Shown: piece by piece, positions 35,479 to 50,400 of the stretch
How the letters are laid out: every line of letters starts with the position of its first letter
How positions within the stretch are numbered: the stretch's first letter is position 1
Assembly: GCA_964187785.1 (NCBI GenBank)
Contig: OZ076409.1
Location: 8,000,001 to 8,064,000, forward strand
Origin: Amphiscolops sp. MND2022
Lineage: Eukaryota
Direction: 5' to 3'
Length of the DNA: 64,000 bases
Notes under the pieces: generated by a model
Seen by the model: only the letters and a program-made list of their open reading frames with translations
Database searches by the model: none
What the model was told of the DNA's origin: nothing
Position numbers and translations under genes: made by a program

Positions 35479-38400
35479 CTGAAAAAAAATAAGATATCCC
35501 TAGTTGAATCTGCTGGAAAGTTTTACATGTTTATTAAGGTTGCCAAGTAGGTTTAGTATGATTTTGGGAGTTTCATAGAGAATCATTAATGCTAAGTATT
35601 TCCCTGATGCAATGCTATTTCTCCCAGTATTTATTAGTATTTCTATACTTCTATCATTTAGGATTTCATTTATCTTTGAAACAATTCGACGGAAAGTAAT
35701 GGTTAGACATAGTGCATCATCTAAACTTGTACTGGCAAATTAATGCCAATTGTAAGACCATCGACATTTCGATTTAAACATCATAATTTAAATCTGTCCA
35801 ATTTCATGGAATGAACAGATTCTGCATAAAAGTCATCAGAATGCTCAAAATATTGGTACATCTTCTAGTAATATGAACTTCAGGAAGGAAATGAAAATGA
35901 AAACTTACCCAAACTTGATGGAAATAATACTTCTCAGACCACTAATAACGGTCTTGAAAACAACCTCTCTTAGAAGTTACCTCAGAAGTTTGTATACATT
36001 TATTATTTAAAAAAGCGTGTGATACATGGATTTTAGAAGCAACCTCTAATACAATTGCTACTTGTAACAAAACGAGAACGTCTAAAGTCGGCGCTATATC
36101 TAAGACTCAAAAAGTGCAAAACTTTTTTTGGGAAAAAAACTTGAAATTTTCGAAAATTTTTCTCTTTCGGAAAATGTCGCACAGTGCTGAAAAGTGTAAA
36201 AGGGGGACCCTTTTTGATTTATAAACATGCATTCTGTTGCAAAACAACAAAAAACTCAAAGGGGGACCCTTTGGGACATTAAAAAATTTTCGAAAAAAAG
36301 TCGCACAGTGCCGAAAAAAAATCAAAAGGGGTGACCCTTTAGTCTCGGCCGGTTTTGTAAGTTACGATAAAAATTGACTAACTGAAAGAGGGACCCTTTG
36401 CACTATCTTAAATGCGCTGCCAGTATTTTAGTAGTACTGTAATTAGTAGTTAAACGTTAATTTTAACGTTCGTCGCTTCGAGTCTATCTTAAAAAAACGA
36501 GTGACTGTAATAGTCGGGCTCTTTTATTAATAAAAGCGCCGACTAAAAACATTAATTATTCAAATCCATTTTTTTCTAGAGAACCTTGGAAACACTTCGC
36601 GGTTCCGGGTTTGCTGTGTTTTTTGAATTCTTAAGAAATCAATGAAAAAGATCCATAGAGTGGTTTTCGCACGATGTAACAGAAGACAGGATCTTATCAA
36701 GTAATTCACCTTGATGAAAAATCAACTCATGAAACGAAAGTGTTGAATGTGAATTGTGAAGAGAAAGAAGAAAGGGACGGTACTAGGTGAACCAAAAACA
36801 AGCCGGGACCTGCTCAAGTCGGCGCCATATCAAAGGCTCAAAAACAGCAAAAGGACTTCAAAGTGTCAAAGTATTCTCTTCTACAGCACCCGAAAAACTC
36901 AAAAGTTGGACCGAACTGGGGCACATGGGACACTTTGAGATTTTTCATCCATTCTGTGGCAAATAATCAAAAAAAATTGAAGGAGGATCTTTGGTGAAAA
37001 AAAAATTGAAAAAAAGTCTTACAATGACAAAAAAACTGAAGGGGAGGGACCCTTTGTGATTTTTCAACAACCATTCTGTCGGCAAACTCCACAAAAATCG
37101 AAGGGGAACCTTTGGGGAAATTTTTTTCGAAAAAAGTCTCACAGAGCCGAAAATTTCTTGGATGATGTAAAAATACGTTGCAATTGTGCAAGCTTTTGTG
37201 CAATTATTTAAAAATTTGTTTGGTAAAATTCACGACTCATAAAAATTGTAAAAAATTGACCATTAAGAGAGATTGTCAACTGAAAAAAAAACTAATGCTC
37301 TCAAAATGTCAAATACATGTATTTGTCAACAAAATGTTTCAAAACAACATTGAACTCTGAAATTCAGCTTGTCAATCATTCAAGTTGACAACATTGCTTT
37401 CACACATTCGAGTGTCAAAGAATTTTCACGCATCAGAAGTGCAAACAAAGTGACTGGTAAAAATGTCTTGAATTTCACTGAGGGTTCAAGTCACCTTTTG
37501 TTGAAGATTTGATTACGTAATGAGAGCTCCGATTTCGAAAATTGACTGGACAGGTTTCTGAGCCTTGTTTACAAATATTTCAATTTTGAAGAGCGAAATT
37601 TTCTTGGCGTTCTGTTTTTTAGTCGGCGCGTCTTCCTTTTAAGGAAAAATGCCCGACTATAACTGTCACCTTTTTTTAGTCGGCGCGTTTGCCTTTTAAG
37701 GAAAAATGTCCGACTATAACAGACCACAGACCTCTTTTTTCTTCAGACCACAGACCTCACACTGATCGGTCCACTTTTTAGAGAAACTACTGAAACTGGT
37801 TAAGGCCAAATCCGGCTAGTGCAATATTAGTGCAAAGGGTCCCCCCTCCAATTTTTTCGTCGGCGCTTTTGTTAAGAAAAGAGCCCGACTATTACAGTCA
37901 CTCGTTTTTTTTCTTTTTTTTTTATTTAAGACAGACTCGAAGCGACGAACGTTAAAATTAACGTTCAACTACTAAATACAGTACTAGACTACTGGACCGC
38001 TAAAGGCAAACGGGGAGCGCATTCATTTACTTTTTAAACGTTACCTACAAGCCCGGACGGGACTAAAGGTCTTTCGATTTTTTTGGCACTGTGCGACTTT
38101 TTTTCGAAATTTTTTTAATGTCCCCAAAGGGTCCCCCCTTTGAGTTTTTTGTTATTTTGCTACAGAATGCGTGTTTATAAATCAAAAAGGGTCCCCCCTT
38201 TTACATTTTTCGGCACTGTGCGACATTTTCCGAAAGAAAATTTTTTTTCGAAAATTTCAAGTTTTTTTCCAAAAAAAATGTTTTGCGCTTTTTGAGTCTT
38301 AGATATAGCGCCGACTTGAGACGTTCCCGTCTTGTTTACTTTTTAAGGTAACCTACAAAACCGGAGGAGACTAAAAGGTCCCCCCCTTTCGATATTTTTT

Positions 38401-41400
38401 GGCACTGTGCGACTTTTTTTCCGAAATTTTTTCAATGTCTCAAAAGATCCCCTTTGAGTTTTTTGATATTTTGCAACTGACTGTATGTTAATAAATCCTG
38501 AAGGCCCCCCTTTTACATTTTTCGGCACTATGCGACATTTTTGGAGAGAAAAAAATTATCAAAAATGTCAAGCTTTTTTTTCCTAAAAACTGTTTTGCGC
38601 TTTTTGAGCCTTAGATATAGCACCAACTTTAGACATTCTCGTCTTGTTTGGTTCACCAAGTAGTATCTCACTCACCTCCTGAAAATGCACGAAGATCGCT
38701 GGCAGTCGACTTTCTGGGAGAAGTGTTTGTATCCCTGCTGGCACTTCCTCTGGCTCGACTGGTGCTTCCGGTAGTGGGCGGGGAAAGTGCGCACATTGGT
38801 GGTGCTGAAAGTGCAGTTTTCAACCTTGCAATGGTAGTGTCGCCTTCTTACCATCTCGCACTCGGCAAACGCACACTTCTCCGAAATCTGTAAAAAACAC
38901 ACACAAACATAGTCATTGGACAGAATAGTTAGTTAAACTTGTTCCGTTTTGAAAACCCGAATCATACATGCAGCAACTTTGAATTAGGATAAATTGATCT
39001 CAGCAGAACTGGACTCAAACTAGACTCCGCAGAATTTCACGCACGGTGAAATCGTGTAAACGCGTGAATTATTGAATTATTGCTCAATCGAATTTCAGCA
39101 TTTCACCGAAGATGAAAGCGTGAAACAACTCAGTTTTCGTTCAAAATTATGTTGTAATATGGCGGGGAACTGAACGGGAAACACCAAAAACATGAATTTT
39201 GGCAGAAACATTGTTTTGTCGTTTCCTAACTAGCACCGACACAGCAAAGTTTTGCAGCCAGCTGAAAATTCTGACAAATGAGCGAGCGTAAAAGTTTAGA
39301 TTTGAAACTCAGAACAAATTATTGTTTTTGTATGCCAATACCAAACGGAAATTTTTTTCTAATTTTGAGCAAGAAAAGGCGCAAAGTTAGGGTGGAATTG
39401 AAGCAGAATTAGCATGACACGGAAGCGTGAAATTTGATGGTTCTTCAGAGTGAAAAAAATCAATCCAATTTTTCCCGAAATGAGTTTCAGTTGTTGGAAA
39501 GATGAAAAAGAAAGGGTTTTCACACAGGTACTTCACTTTTCTATACCAACTCCGTCGAAATCAGTGAAACAAAATTCCACTGGCAGATATCTGATTTTTT
39601 TTCCAATTGGGACAGTTATTCTGTACAACGACTGTACCAATGTAAAAACACACTGCAAGCAACCATGGGAAAGCAAAGATATTGTTTTTCGACACTAAAA
39701 TTCAAGTTTTACAAGCTCTTTAAGACGGAAAGACTCAAAAAACTGCAGCTCGCTTCATGATTCATAATTCAACAGTTTTTAGAACAAATTCTAAACCAGC
39801 CAGTCAAGTCCACCGGAGTTGTCGGCGATATTGTGAGTCACAAAAACCTTGGTCAACCCGTTACAGACTCGATTGTCGATCATTCTCAAAAAGCACCGTG
39901 CATCCCCGAAGGAAACAATTTTATATTATTATAAAATAGAACTGGACAATCCTATTTCTCTATCAACACTTTGTCGCAGAATTCGATCAAGGAACAATGT
40001 CAGAAGGACTCCAAAAAGCAGCTTATAATCAAGGAAAAAGCAGCAAAAACTGGGTAAAACAGCGGAAAATTCACCGAAATGCCACCATTCAAGACTGGAA
40101 AAGTTGGATTTTTCGGACGAGTGCCAAGTAGTCAGTGACAACGACAGGAAAATCAATATTCGGGAGAATAAGACGAGAAAAATGATCATTGTCGATGTGT
40201 CAAGAAAGATCGAAAAAAGATGGCGCTTATGGTCTGGCGTGCCATAACGTTTTCTGGACATAGAACTCTCATTCCAGTGACTGGCATTGTAAATAACTAA
40301 CAAAATAGTGAAAATTTGTCAGAGCATTTTCTGGGTCTTATTTCAAGCTTCGGAGACGAACAGTGCATTTTCTATCAAGATAAAGCCCAGGCCCACGCTT
40401 CAAAACTTTTGGCCCAATATTTCCCAGAAAATATACTTCCAACTGATTGGCTTGCTCAAAAACCCGATATAAATATTATAATGAATCTGTGAAAAGTAAT
40501 CAACAATGATGTGAGGCTCTCCTTTACCAAAATGAAGATGAAACAAGAGCTTTTCGAAAGACTCAATGAATGAAGCTTTGTTGAACATTCCCTTTAAAAG
40601 TATTCAGGAAAAATATGAGTCCTTGCCGAAAATACTAGAGGCTGTTATCAAAATGAAGGGTTTCAGGAGCCGCTTCTAATCTTTTTTTATGTATTGTGCT
40701 CTATTCGACTTTGTTTGCTAAAAATGAGGTTCAAAAGTCCATCATGTTTTGAACAGTTGATTTTGCTGCTAATTTTCTGACCAGTGACTGTAACTTTCAA
40801 AAATTTCCCAGAGCCAGCAAACGGCTTGTAAATTTGTCACTCCACCGTCCATCTAATCTTCGACGACCTTTTTTCCTGGAATTTCTCAACTAACCTTCAC
40901 ACAAATGAACATGGACTCTTCATCCACTGCTTCGTCATCTCCTGTTTTGTCGGATTGTCTCTTTAACTGGCCGAGAGTGCCATCAGGTGTTCCATTCAAA
41001 CTATCTTCTCCTTCGGAGGAGGAGTAACACAGCCTGTCCACTCCGTTCGGAAGATCCTTCAACTAGAAAAAAAAACAATTTTTGATGAAAAACGCGTGAA
41101 AATGTAGAAAACACACCAATTCAAGGGCAAAAACTGCAAAAAATCTTTGAACAATTTCTAAAATAGTGGGCCTAGGTTTTCAGTGGCGACTGGCGAGATA
41201 GCTCATTTGTGCCAACCAGTTTTGGGGTCGATACACCGAATCGGTTCAAATCCGATAAAAGTTGGACTGAAATTTTTTGAGCCTTGTCGATGTATTGACG
41301 TAGAAAAATTATTTTCGGGGTATCGCCCCAATATGCAACCTAAAGGTATCCATAAAATTGTATTTATAAGGTACAATTCTGTTCAATTCCCATTTTACCG

Positions 41401-44400
41401 AAAGTGACATTTATTTTGCCGAAAACGAGGAGAAAAACAGCCAAAAATGAGCGCCAAAAACAGCTTGACATGGCTGAAAAGTTTTGTTCCTACCCTCAAC
41501 CCACGAATGCTACTGCTCCCCCCACTTTCCTCGTCAGAGTCCATCCTCGGAACTTTGGCCCTGGGCGCGAGAGCTTCAAATTCGAACGATGACTCAGAGG
41601 CATCGCTTTTTCCTCCAGGGTTAATGTTGTTCATGACGTGTTCATCTCTGGAAGCATGTTGTTCAGCATCTGTTATGGACAGAGAGACGCTGGAACAAGC
41701 CTCAACTGTGCAATGGAAGTGATCGATAGAGATAAAGGGACAGGGGCCTGAAACGAATTTGTGTCGAGTTGCAAATGAACTTCGATTTACAATGTTACAA
41801 TAATTGCATTACATAGTTTATGATTGCCAGTGTTATAATAAACATTCAATACTACTTCTTTAGTATCCGATGACCTAAACCACGGTATCCAAGCACTTTT
41901 GGAGTTTTGACACCGCTAATCAGCGATCTAGCGGCGAATTAGCGGCCGCGCAGAATTTTTTCAGCGATTCTATTGGCTTTTCAAATTAGCGGCAACCAAT
42001 AGATTGCCCAAATTTGAAATTTCGTCGAAACATAACGGAGTTTCTAAGTGAATTTCGAAACATTCCAATTCTTACCTCGGCCAAACCCACACAGTATGAA
42101 AACTCTAGTCTTTTTCTTGCAAAAACTGAATAAAGATATTTTAAAAATTTTGGAATTCAAATGTTCAATAGCTTGAAGAAGAAGATTTTCAGCGAAATAT
42201 TGATTTTGAAAATAGCGGTTTAACGATTAGCGAAAAAATAAGCGATGTCAAAACTCTGCTTTGGATCTGTAGATTTGATGCTCAATCTTGAATTTTTCTA
42301 TTGAACTCGTTTCATTTTGTTTTCCATTTTCACATCTGAGAAAAGTTAAGGGTAAAGTTTTCTAACAAGTATATGCATTAGAGTGTCGAGTGTTCGGGAC
42401 ATGAGTGACGTAATGAGACAGCATCTCGGGAAGCGTCGTCTGCACTGTTGCGTCACACAGTGAGCCTTCTTTCGTCACCTGAAGTGACAATCCATTTTGA
42501 AACATGTTCTAAAGCCTAGCTCGAACCTTCGACCTTTTCAAAACATAAGGTCAACAGAAAACTTATGATCAGTTTTTGATGTTTGTCAGACTGTTTGTCA
42601 GAATTTTTCCCGATCATTTCTGTACGTTTGACAACGTTATTTTTTTTTTCCAAAATCCATTTTCTGAAAAATGAACAACCAAAAACTGTGGCAATTCCCT
42701 AACACATAGTGGTAAAACAATATTTCATCAATCAAATGCTTAAAGTTTGTTGCAGGGAGTTTTTTTACGAACATTTCGAGATATTGTACCGGAAACTTCA
42801 GAAAATGCCAAAATCTACCAAGTGTCGTCGGGTGTCCTCTATTTTTCAAAATTCCTTGTATTCTTCAAAAGATGCATAAAGTGTTTCTAAATAGAAGTTT
42901 GAAACTCCGTAAAATTTAAAGATTTCTTCGGATAACATTTTTTTCAGAATGTGCCACACATTTTTGATCAAATTTGAATCCGGAGAATGTGGGGGCCAGT
43001 TTCCAGTGATGTAAAAGCATTCTCTTGAAAAAGAAACATTGTCTTTGTTACCTGCATGGGCCGGTGCGTTGTCCTGTTGGAAAACTTGATATAGATAAAG
43101 AAAGGGAAGAACCTTCTTTTTCAAACAATCAATGTAAGCATCAGCGTTGATTTTGTTTTTGATGGGAAAAATCAACCTTTCGCCATTCGATCTGACACAT
43201 CCCCAGATCATCAGTTTTTTTGCTGGCACTTTTGAACTTTGGCGTGAATAAGTGGTGAAACCCAAACTTACGTGGTCTTCTGACATGTATTCGACGAGTA
43301 GGTCATATTTCAATCATCGTCTCGCCGACATTCCACCAGTTTAGCCCATTTCTTGTCGACTTTTGATATAATTTTGATCAGCAAAAAGTGATTCTTTTCA
43401 CCCGATTTAAGTTGGAAACATTAGGTATTTTGTTGTAAAATTCTGCCTTCAGGTTGTATTTACTTAAAATCTTGCAAACCGTGAAAGGTGCGATCAAAAC
43501 TTGTAAAATTTAAACAATTTCAGCTGTTAAAAAGGGTCTTTTTACATGTTCGAACAACGGTTTTTTCGGTAAATGCGTTACGTTTTCGTAGGCTTCCGGG
43601 CTGAATTTGCGCTGAATCGTTCTTCGTTCTAGAACTCTCCCAATAACAGGTGAAACGTTGCTTTTACGAATGCTCAATATTTTGGAAACTTGAGAAAAAC
43701 TTTTTTTTGCAAAAAAAGTAATAATATTTGCTTTATCTTCAGCGTAGGTTTGAAGCGTCTTTGGTTAAAAGAATTAGAACTTTTGTAAGAAAGCTTGTCA
43801 AATTACTTTTTGATCAATAGCTTGTTTACTTTTCCAGCTACCCTAGAGTTTGCGTTATTTGATAACATTTGCCTAGCAAATTGTTGAAGAGGTTGCAGTA
43901 TTTTAGAACGCTACTGTATTTGTATAGTTTGTTTACAAAACTGTGATTAAGAAAACGTACCCCTATGCGCTAAGCGCCATTATAAACCAATTAGAATAGC
44001 ATATTTGCTCTCACTTTTTACTTTGATTGAGTTACTCCGCATCAAGTGAAATCTCAGGTGCAGAAGGAACACTTTTGGAAAAACAGCAAAAATTCCCAAT
44101 TTTGCTCAAAATCAGCGATTTATAACTTTCTCTCTTTCTTTGCTCTAGAGAATTCAAAAAACTATAAATTAAACTAGATGAATTTCTAAGAAACTCTTAT
44201 TACTGAAGTTTTTCAAAATTCTCAATCGCTTAGAGAAAATCAAGCCTAAAAAGGCCCGGGGGACGTTTTCTTAATCACAGTACTGTGTTTTAGAATAAAC
44301 GACTTCAGATTGTCAGAACAACTAAATTTAACTAACCACTTGACAATGTGAGTGAAGTTCTTCGTCATTGCTGTGGATACAAATCAGTCTTTCGCAACCT

Positions 44401-47400
44401 TCGAAGCAGCTTTTCATTTTCTCACTGAAGTCTGTGTGTACGCTAAACATTACGAACGGGTGATCACTTTGCCCAAGTAAGGATTGTGAAATGACTGACG
44501 AAAAAATTGACATGTTTCTTATCCCCCCACGCGCAAGCGGCCACTGGGAAATGACAAACAAGGTTCAAATACCATTATGTCGACATCGTTTGCATTGAAA
44601 TTTTGGTCCAGTGAAATAATTGATGTCGACATAACCCTATCTTTTACATTCACTGCCAGTTAAAAGTTGCTCATGAGGTTTCCTAGGGGAGAACAGGGTT
44701 ACCGACAAAATTGTTTCAACGAAAATAACTGCAACAAATCCTTAGTTTTGGGATGATGGAATAAAAATGATTCATTTTCGAATCTTGAAATACAAATTAT
44801 TTATTCAACCGTCAAAATATTTCTCCAATAACGAATTTCGTCATCAGCCAATAAAAACGCGTCGCATTAGAAACGGTATTGTTTCAAGAGCTGGTGATCT
44901 GTATCTGCTATCGTTGCTTTAGTCGTAGTCGGTTAACACAAACTCATTTTCGACATGCATTGTCGCCACAGCAGTCAATTTCTCCATTATAACAGGGAAC
45001 TCTGGTCGACAGAAACTGTTTCAAAACCTATATAATTGTAGAAATATATTGTGAAATTATTGCAATCGTTGTAATAATTTATTTTTGAAACAAACGTTTG
45101 CAATTAAAATATTTATTTTTGAGAATAGAAATAACAATAATTGCATTTTTAGCTAAAATTTTATCAAAATAATATTTTCGGTAACCCTGGCGGAGAAAAT
45201 TTGCATTGAAATAGGTACCGGACCTGTTTGTACGATTTTAGCTTGTCCTAATCGTGAATTTTTGCTTTTTTGGACAATAATATCAAAAAATTGGGGTCAT
45301 TTCTGCTGGAAGTGTCAAAACAGCTGTAGAGACAATCTTCCGAAGCAACAGTCTGAGTATTTACATTCATCTAGCGTTCTCTTATAAGTTCGTGAAATAA
45401 CTTTCATCAAGAATAAAATGCGCTTTTGTGTCAAAAGAAGGCGTACCTAGTAGGGATGTGCAATTAACCGACCGAACTCGATTAACCGACCGAAGTTGTC
45501 AATAACCGAAACCGACCGACTTATAATATAACCAGCTTCGGTTGATTCTTTCAACCAATTAGGATGAAAAACTTTTTCAAATTGCATAAAGAAAACATAA
45601 ATTATAAAGAATAAAACCGACTCAATGTTTGAATCTCAGCCCAGAAACTTTCTGCAAACTTGTTTTTTCAAAGAAATTGCTTTGAGTAAATTATTCAAAA
45701 ATGAAGGTTAAATTTACTGATTCACACGTTTTTTTTTAATAAATAACTGACCGATAACCGACCGATTTTTTAAATAACCGACCGATAACCGACCGATTTT
45801 TTTAAATAACCGACCGATAACCGACCGAACTCAAAAAGATGATAATTGCAGAGCCCTAGTACCTGGGGATAAGAAACATGAACCAAGTGAATGTTCTCAC
45901 CTTCTATGTTCCTTCAAGCCTGTGAAGTTCACGTCCGAAAAGCCGCAACGTTCAACTGCGCAGTGCCAATGAGTTGCGGCTTGAAAAACACAACCTTTAT
46001 CAGCGCATTTTCCTGGCAGCCGCATTTCGAAACCCTCGACACAAGAAAGCGACCCCGTCAATTTCTCGTGGATTAAACTGCCCAAACTAAATTGTGTTTG
46101 TGGAATTTCGACATTCTTCTGAATTGGGGCCATCGTTGTTTGTGTATTTGAAGGATACTGAGAAGTTTGTGGTAGAGGACTTTGTGACGGTGATGAACGG
46201 GAACTTCCCGCAAGTTTTGGAAGAAAATCTGCAGAAAATGCAGTACTGTTTGATGAACTGTTGCTTTCGATGGTTGTTGTTGTTGATGACTGTTTTTGAG
46301 TAGATTTCCTCACTGAAACATGAAAGTTTTGATCACCGTTTTGCTTTTACTAATACACGTTTCCAATCTAGATGAACAAAATTTCAAGTTAATTGGTGGA
46401 TCCACCAATAAAATGTAATCCTTCCATTTACTTGTACCCGCTGATCGGTGTCAATTGAAATGAGAAAATTTCAGCTTAAACGAATTTGCGAGATAAAACT
46501 GAATACGCAACAAAATTTCAATTTAATTGGATGAAATTCCATTTTAGATGAAATAAACACCATTGTCATGACACGATTGTCTATCTTGAGCATTTAGATC
46601 GAAATCAAAAAGTCTTTTACGGTCCTTTGCACTACCTCTGCCTTTCAATTTATTGAAGTGCATACTAATTTTATTGAAGAAAAGGAAAGAGAAACGTTCA
46701 TTTGATTGGAAAGGAGAATAGCATGTTTAAGAGCAAATAACAAGCCGATGTGGGCGGAAAAAGCCAATATGGATCAAAACTCGTCGAGTCCCCACCCAAA
46801 GAGAACCAATTATAGGGATAATGAAAAATGTACTAATCCAATTCTTAGGATTCGTCAAATAATATTGTCAAATACAATGGTGGGGGAAACACGACCTTAT
46901 TTCGAAATTAGGTTCCAAATAAAGCGAACTCAGTCGATTTCCAATTAATGGTTCGATATCAAAAGTAACTAAGGTTTTCATTGCTGATAACAAGCATCTG
47001 TTTTCAAACTAGATGCTTATTCTCAGCAGGGATAACAATAGTTATTTTTGATATCAAACATTTATTTTGAAATCGACTAAGTTCTTTCAAGTTGCAAGGC
47101 ACCAAACTGGCTACCGTCAATCAGTTGAGTGTTCTTGAGGAAAGGACCTGAGAATTCTCGCTGGATAAACGTTCTACTATAAACCGTTGCGAAGAGACCT
47201 TTTTGTGCCATCTTATGCAGTTAGTGTTTTGAAAATACACATCGAAATCAACTTTTTGTAATTGCCCAACTTGCCCTAGATGTCGAAAAAGTTTTTTACA
47301 TTCGTCACATTGAAAAGATCGACTTTTGTTTCGTTGTAACATCTTTCGCCGAGAGCCAAGTTTGGTAATGAAAAAGTTTGCTCAAGTTTTTCTTCTTTGA

Positions 47401-50400
47401 GCAGATTCAATTTTGGAAAAGTTCGATTTGGTTGCTGATCCATACTTCAGAAACCCGTAACATATTACAAACGTTGCAAAGTGTTATAAAGCAACAATAA
47501 ACACATATGAGTGTACCTCATATGAGACCTTTAAAGACGTATTTTAAACATAGGACCAGAAAGTTTACCACTATATAATCCACTATAGTTTTTTCCACTA
47601 TATATCCGATATGTTCATTGAATGTTAGGTATCTTTCCACTTAAACCCCTGCATATTTGCATGCATTTTTTTAATTCAACGTTTTGTCCAATATACGGAG
47701 TTTACAAGGGCGGCCTTTTTTCGATCGGCTTTGATGATTGTAGTAATCACTATCTCCTAAGTTGATGTCAGTTATGTAAAATAGGCCCCTCCGGGGCTCA
47801 GTACTATTTCTGCTTTAATCTTTATTTTTTTAAAACAAAAAATCATTAATAAAAGAATCATATCTGGAATACCAATACACTCCTGTTTAATCATTACTTA
47901 GAGCACAATTAATCACTGTACAAGTTTACACTGCCTTTAATTCTTCTCGGACTAAAGAAAATATAACTAAGCGTAGACGAAGTTTCGCATTCGCATTTGA
48001 ATGCAGGCGAAGCTCTCAACGAACGAATAATTAACACTCATTCGCTTCATCTCAATGACGTCAGCATACGAATGGATAATTACCACTCGCTCGTTCTATC
48101 GCACTAGAATTGAATTGTTGTCGGCAGCTTTCCCACGCTTACACTCACTGCCGAACAAAATATCTGAATTATTCAGTAGGACGAAATTTGACGACTGAAA
48201 AAAAAAAGGACCAACTTTGAGGTTACAATAACATTCCTGCTAAAGCAGAAATATTAAAAACAAAAACAGACAAGGTCTTAAGACTCAACCCTAGGGTCAA
48301 CCAGTTTCAACGTTCAGGCACGGCGTATTCAATCAAAAAAGCAATTTGTAATTACTTTATTTTAAGTGAGCTTTAGGTCTTTTGCAGTGTTATTGTTTAT
48401 TCAAATAAAATTAGCTTTCATTCATCCTAATTGGAATTGTTCTATAGCGTTGATTTATTTTAATTGTCGTCGGTGGAATTATTCGTTGGTTACTTTGAAT
48501 ATATTCAAAAAGAAGAATTTCAGGGTCTTTCTTTCACCAAGGCATTTCGTGTCAAAACAATCTTCAAAATGTTAGAAACTGGTCAAACTAAGCAAGAATG
48601 ATTTTAGGATTTATTGAGAGACATTGGAACTTTTGATGGTGTTTTTTTGTTTCGTTCAATTTCGCTCGTGGAACTTTCATGTTTTCACAATTGCTCTTTC
48701 CAGTCACGAACCAACTTATTTTATTTTCGAAAACGATTACAGCTGTGTGGAGATCAGAATAGAGATTACTTCCAGCATCTAATGTAGATGAAGAAACTTT
48801 TAATGTAGCAAACACAAAAATTCTTATAATGTTGAAAATCTGTCGATAAACCGTTAGGTTTTTTTAGTAGTTATTTACATATTTTAAATAGAAATTTCTC
48901 AAAGACTTTGTAGTTTTCCTTTTCTCTAATTATTGTCTTTCCGGACACAGTACTGTTGTCAGTTGTTTTGTTCCTTTTTTAACAAACAAAGTTGGGCGAC
49001 AATTTGTCCCGGTCGACGATTCGTCACAAATTTCAAAAACCGACAATTCGTAATAAGTGGCAGTTTGTCCCTTTTTAAAACAGCGAACTTTCGTCCCATT
49101 TGTAAGAAGCGACAATTCGTCCCAAATTGTTCAATTGATAGGCCATTTACCTACTTTTTGAAGATTGAAATCAAAAAAAGACCGATTAAACTACAAACTG
49201 AGGCCTCTAAATGAAATATTTTCGTATTCATTATAACAAAGCTAATAATTGGCAATTAAGTTGGGGGCGAATTGCAGCTTTGAATAATTGGGACGAATTG
49301 TCGTTTTTTCAAACTGGGACGAATCGCCACTTGGACGAACAAACAAGTTTAATTCCGAAAAGGGGATGAACCGAAGTCGTACCTTTCTTGAGAGCGGCCA
49401 GTCGCATTTTCTCATGACGTTTTTGATGACCCACCATTTGACTCGTTGAGTGTGAACTGAAGTTGCAACCTGGGCAAAAACACAACTTGAAATTATTAAA
49501 GTACTCAAAAGCGCCTGATCGTGTAACTGCATGGAAAGTCATAAGCACCCGAAAAAAACTGGACAACCTGAAAAAAAACATAACATTGAAGCCTAACTTA
49601 TACTGCGAATAAGAGCAGCGAATAAGTTTTTCCGTAATCCTAAAAACTTTTTTCACAATTTTGGGAGTCGAAAAAAATTTCGACGACGTGTAATGCAATC
49701 ATACCTTTTTTCTTGCGACCTTGCGAAGAAAATTTCAAATTTTACAAAAATTGTCCATATGATTTTGATAGAATTTAGCACAGTCATTCTACACCCAAGG
49801 GTGCTCCTGCGTGCGTAATGGCATCAAAATCGTACGCCTGAGATCTGAGAAACATGGCCAAAATTAGCGCAGAAAGGACCAAATGACAACCCGGGTTGAC
49901 CCTCTGACTAGCATCTTGGCTGTCTTGGCAAGATCTTGCCAAATTCTTACTACATCTTGGCAACCATGGAACCCATGGCAAGACTCTTATTAAGATCTTA
50001 CTAAGATAATACTTATACCAAGATCGTATCTTATCACGATGGACAAAATTTTAGGATTATAAAAAAAGCGCTGTACCTTCGGTACAAGCAGCCGCGACTG
50101 AATCTAAAGGCTCATTTCACCCAACAACGACCATTTCTACTCGTTTTCATAATCAAAATGCTTCAATCTGCTGAAACAAATTTGCATGCGAAAATTTGTG
50201 AAAAATTACAATATCGTATTCTGTCTTCCGGAATTCTGACGAGAATCCTAATAACTCCTCACCTGTTTACGACTGAGAAATGCGAATGTACCAAATGAAA
50301 CGTCATTTCAAGGGCTTTCCAAAACTTGTAATTTATCACTCCTGTCGATTCCAGAGACGGAGAAATATGCTCTAAAACGTCCAGACCCACTATCAGAAAG

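Noticed and set aside
42076..42125. 50-nt candidate castor micro-exon ([16 protein letters not shown]) with good splice sites and compatible phase
   Set aside because: It lies inside a MITE, and exons 8+9 bridge the same phases while restoring zinc-finger residues; at most a minor exonisation.
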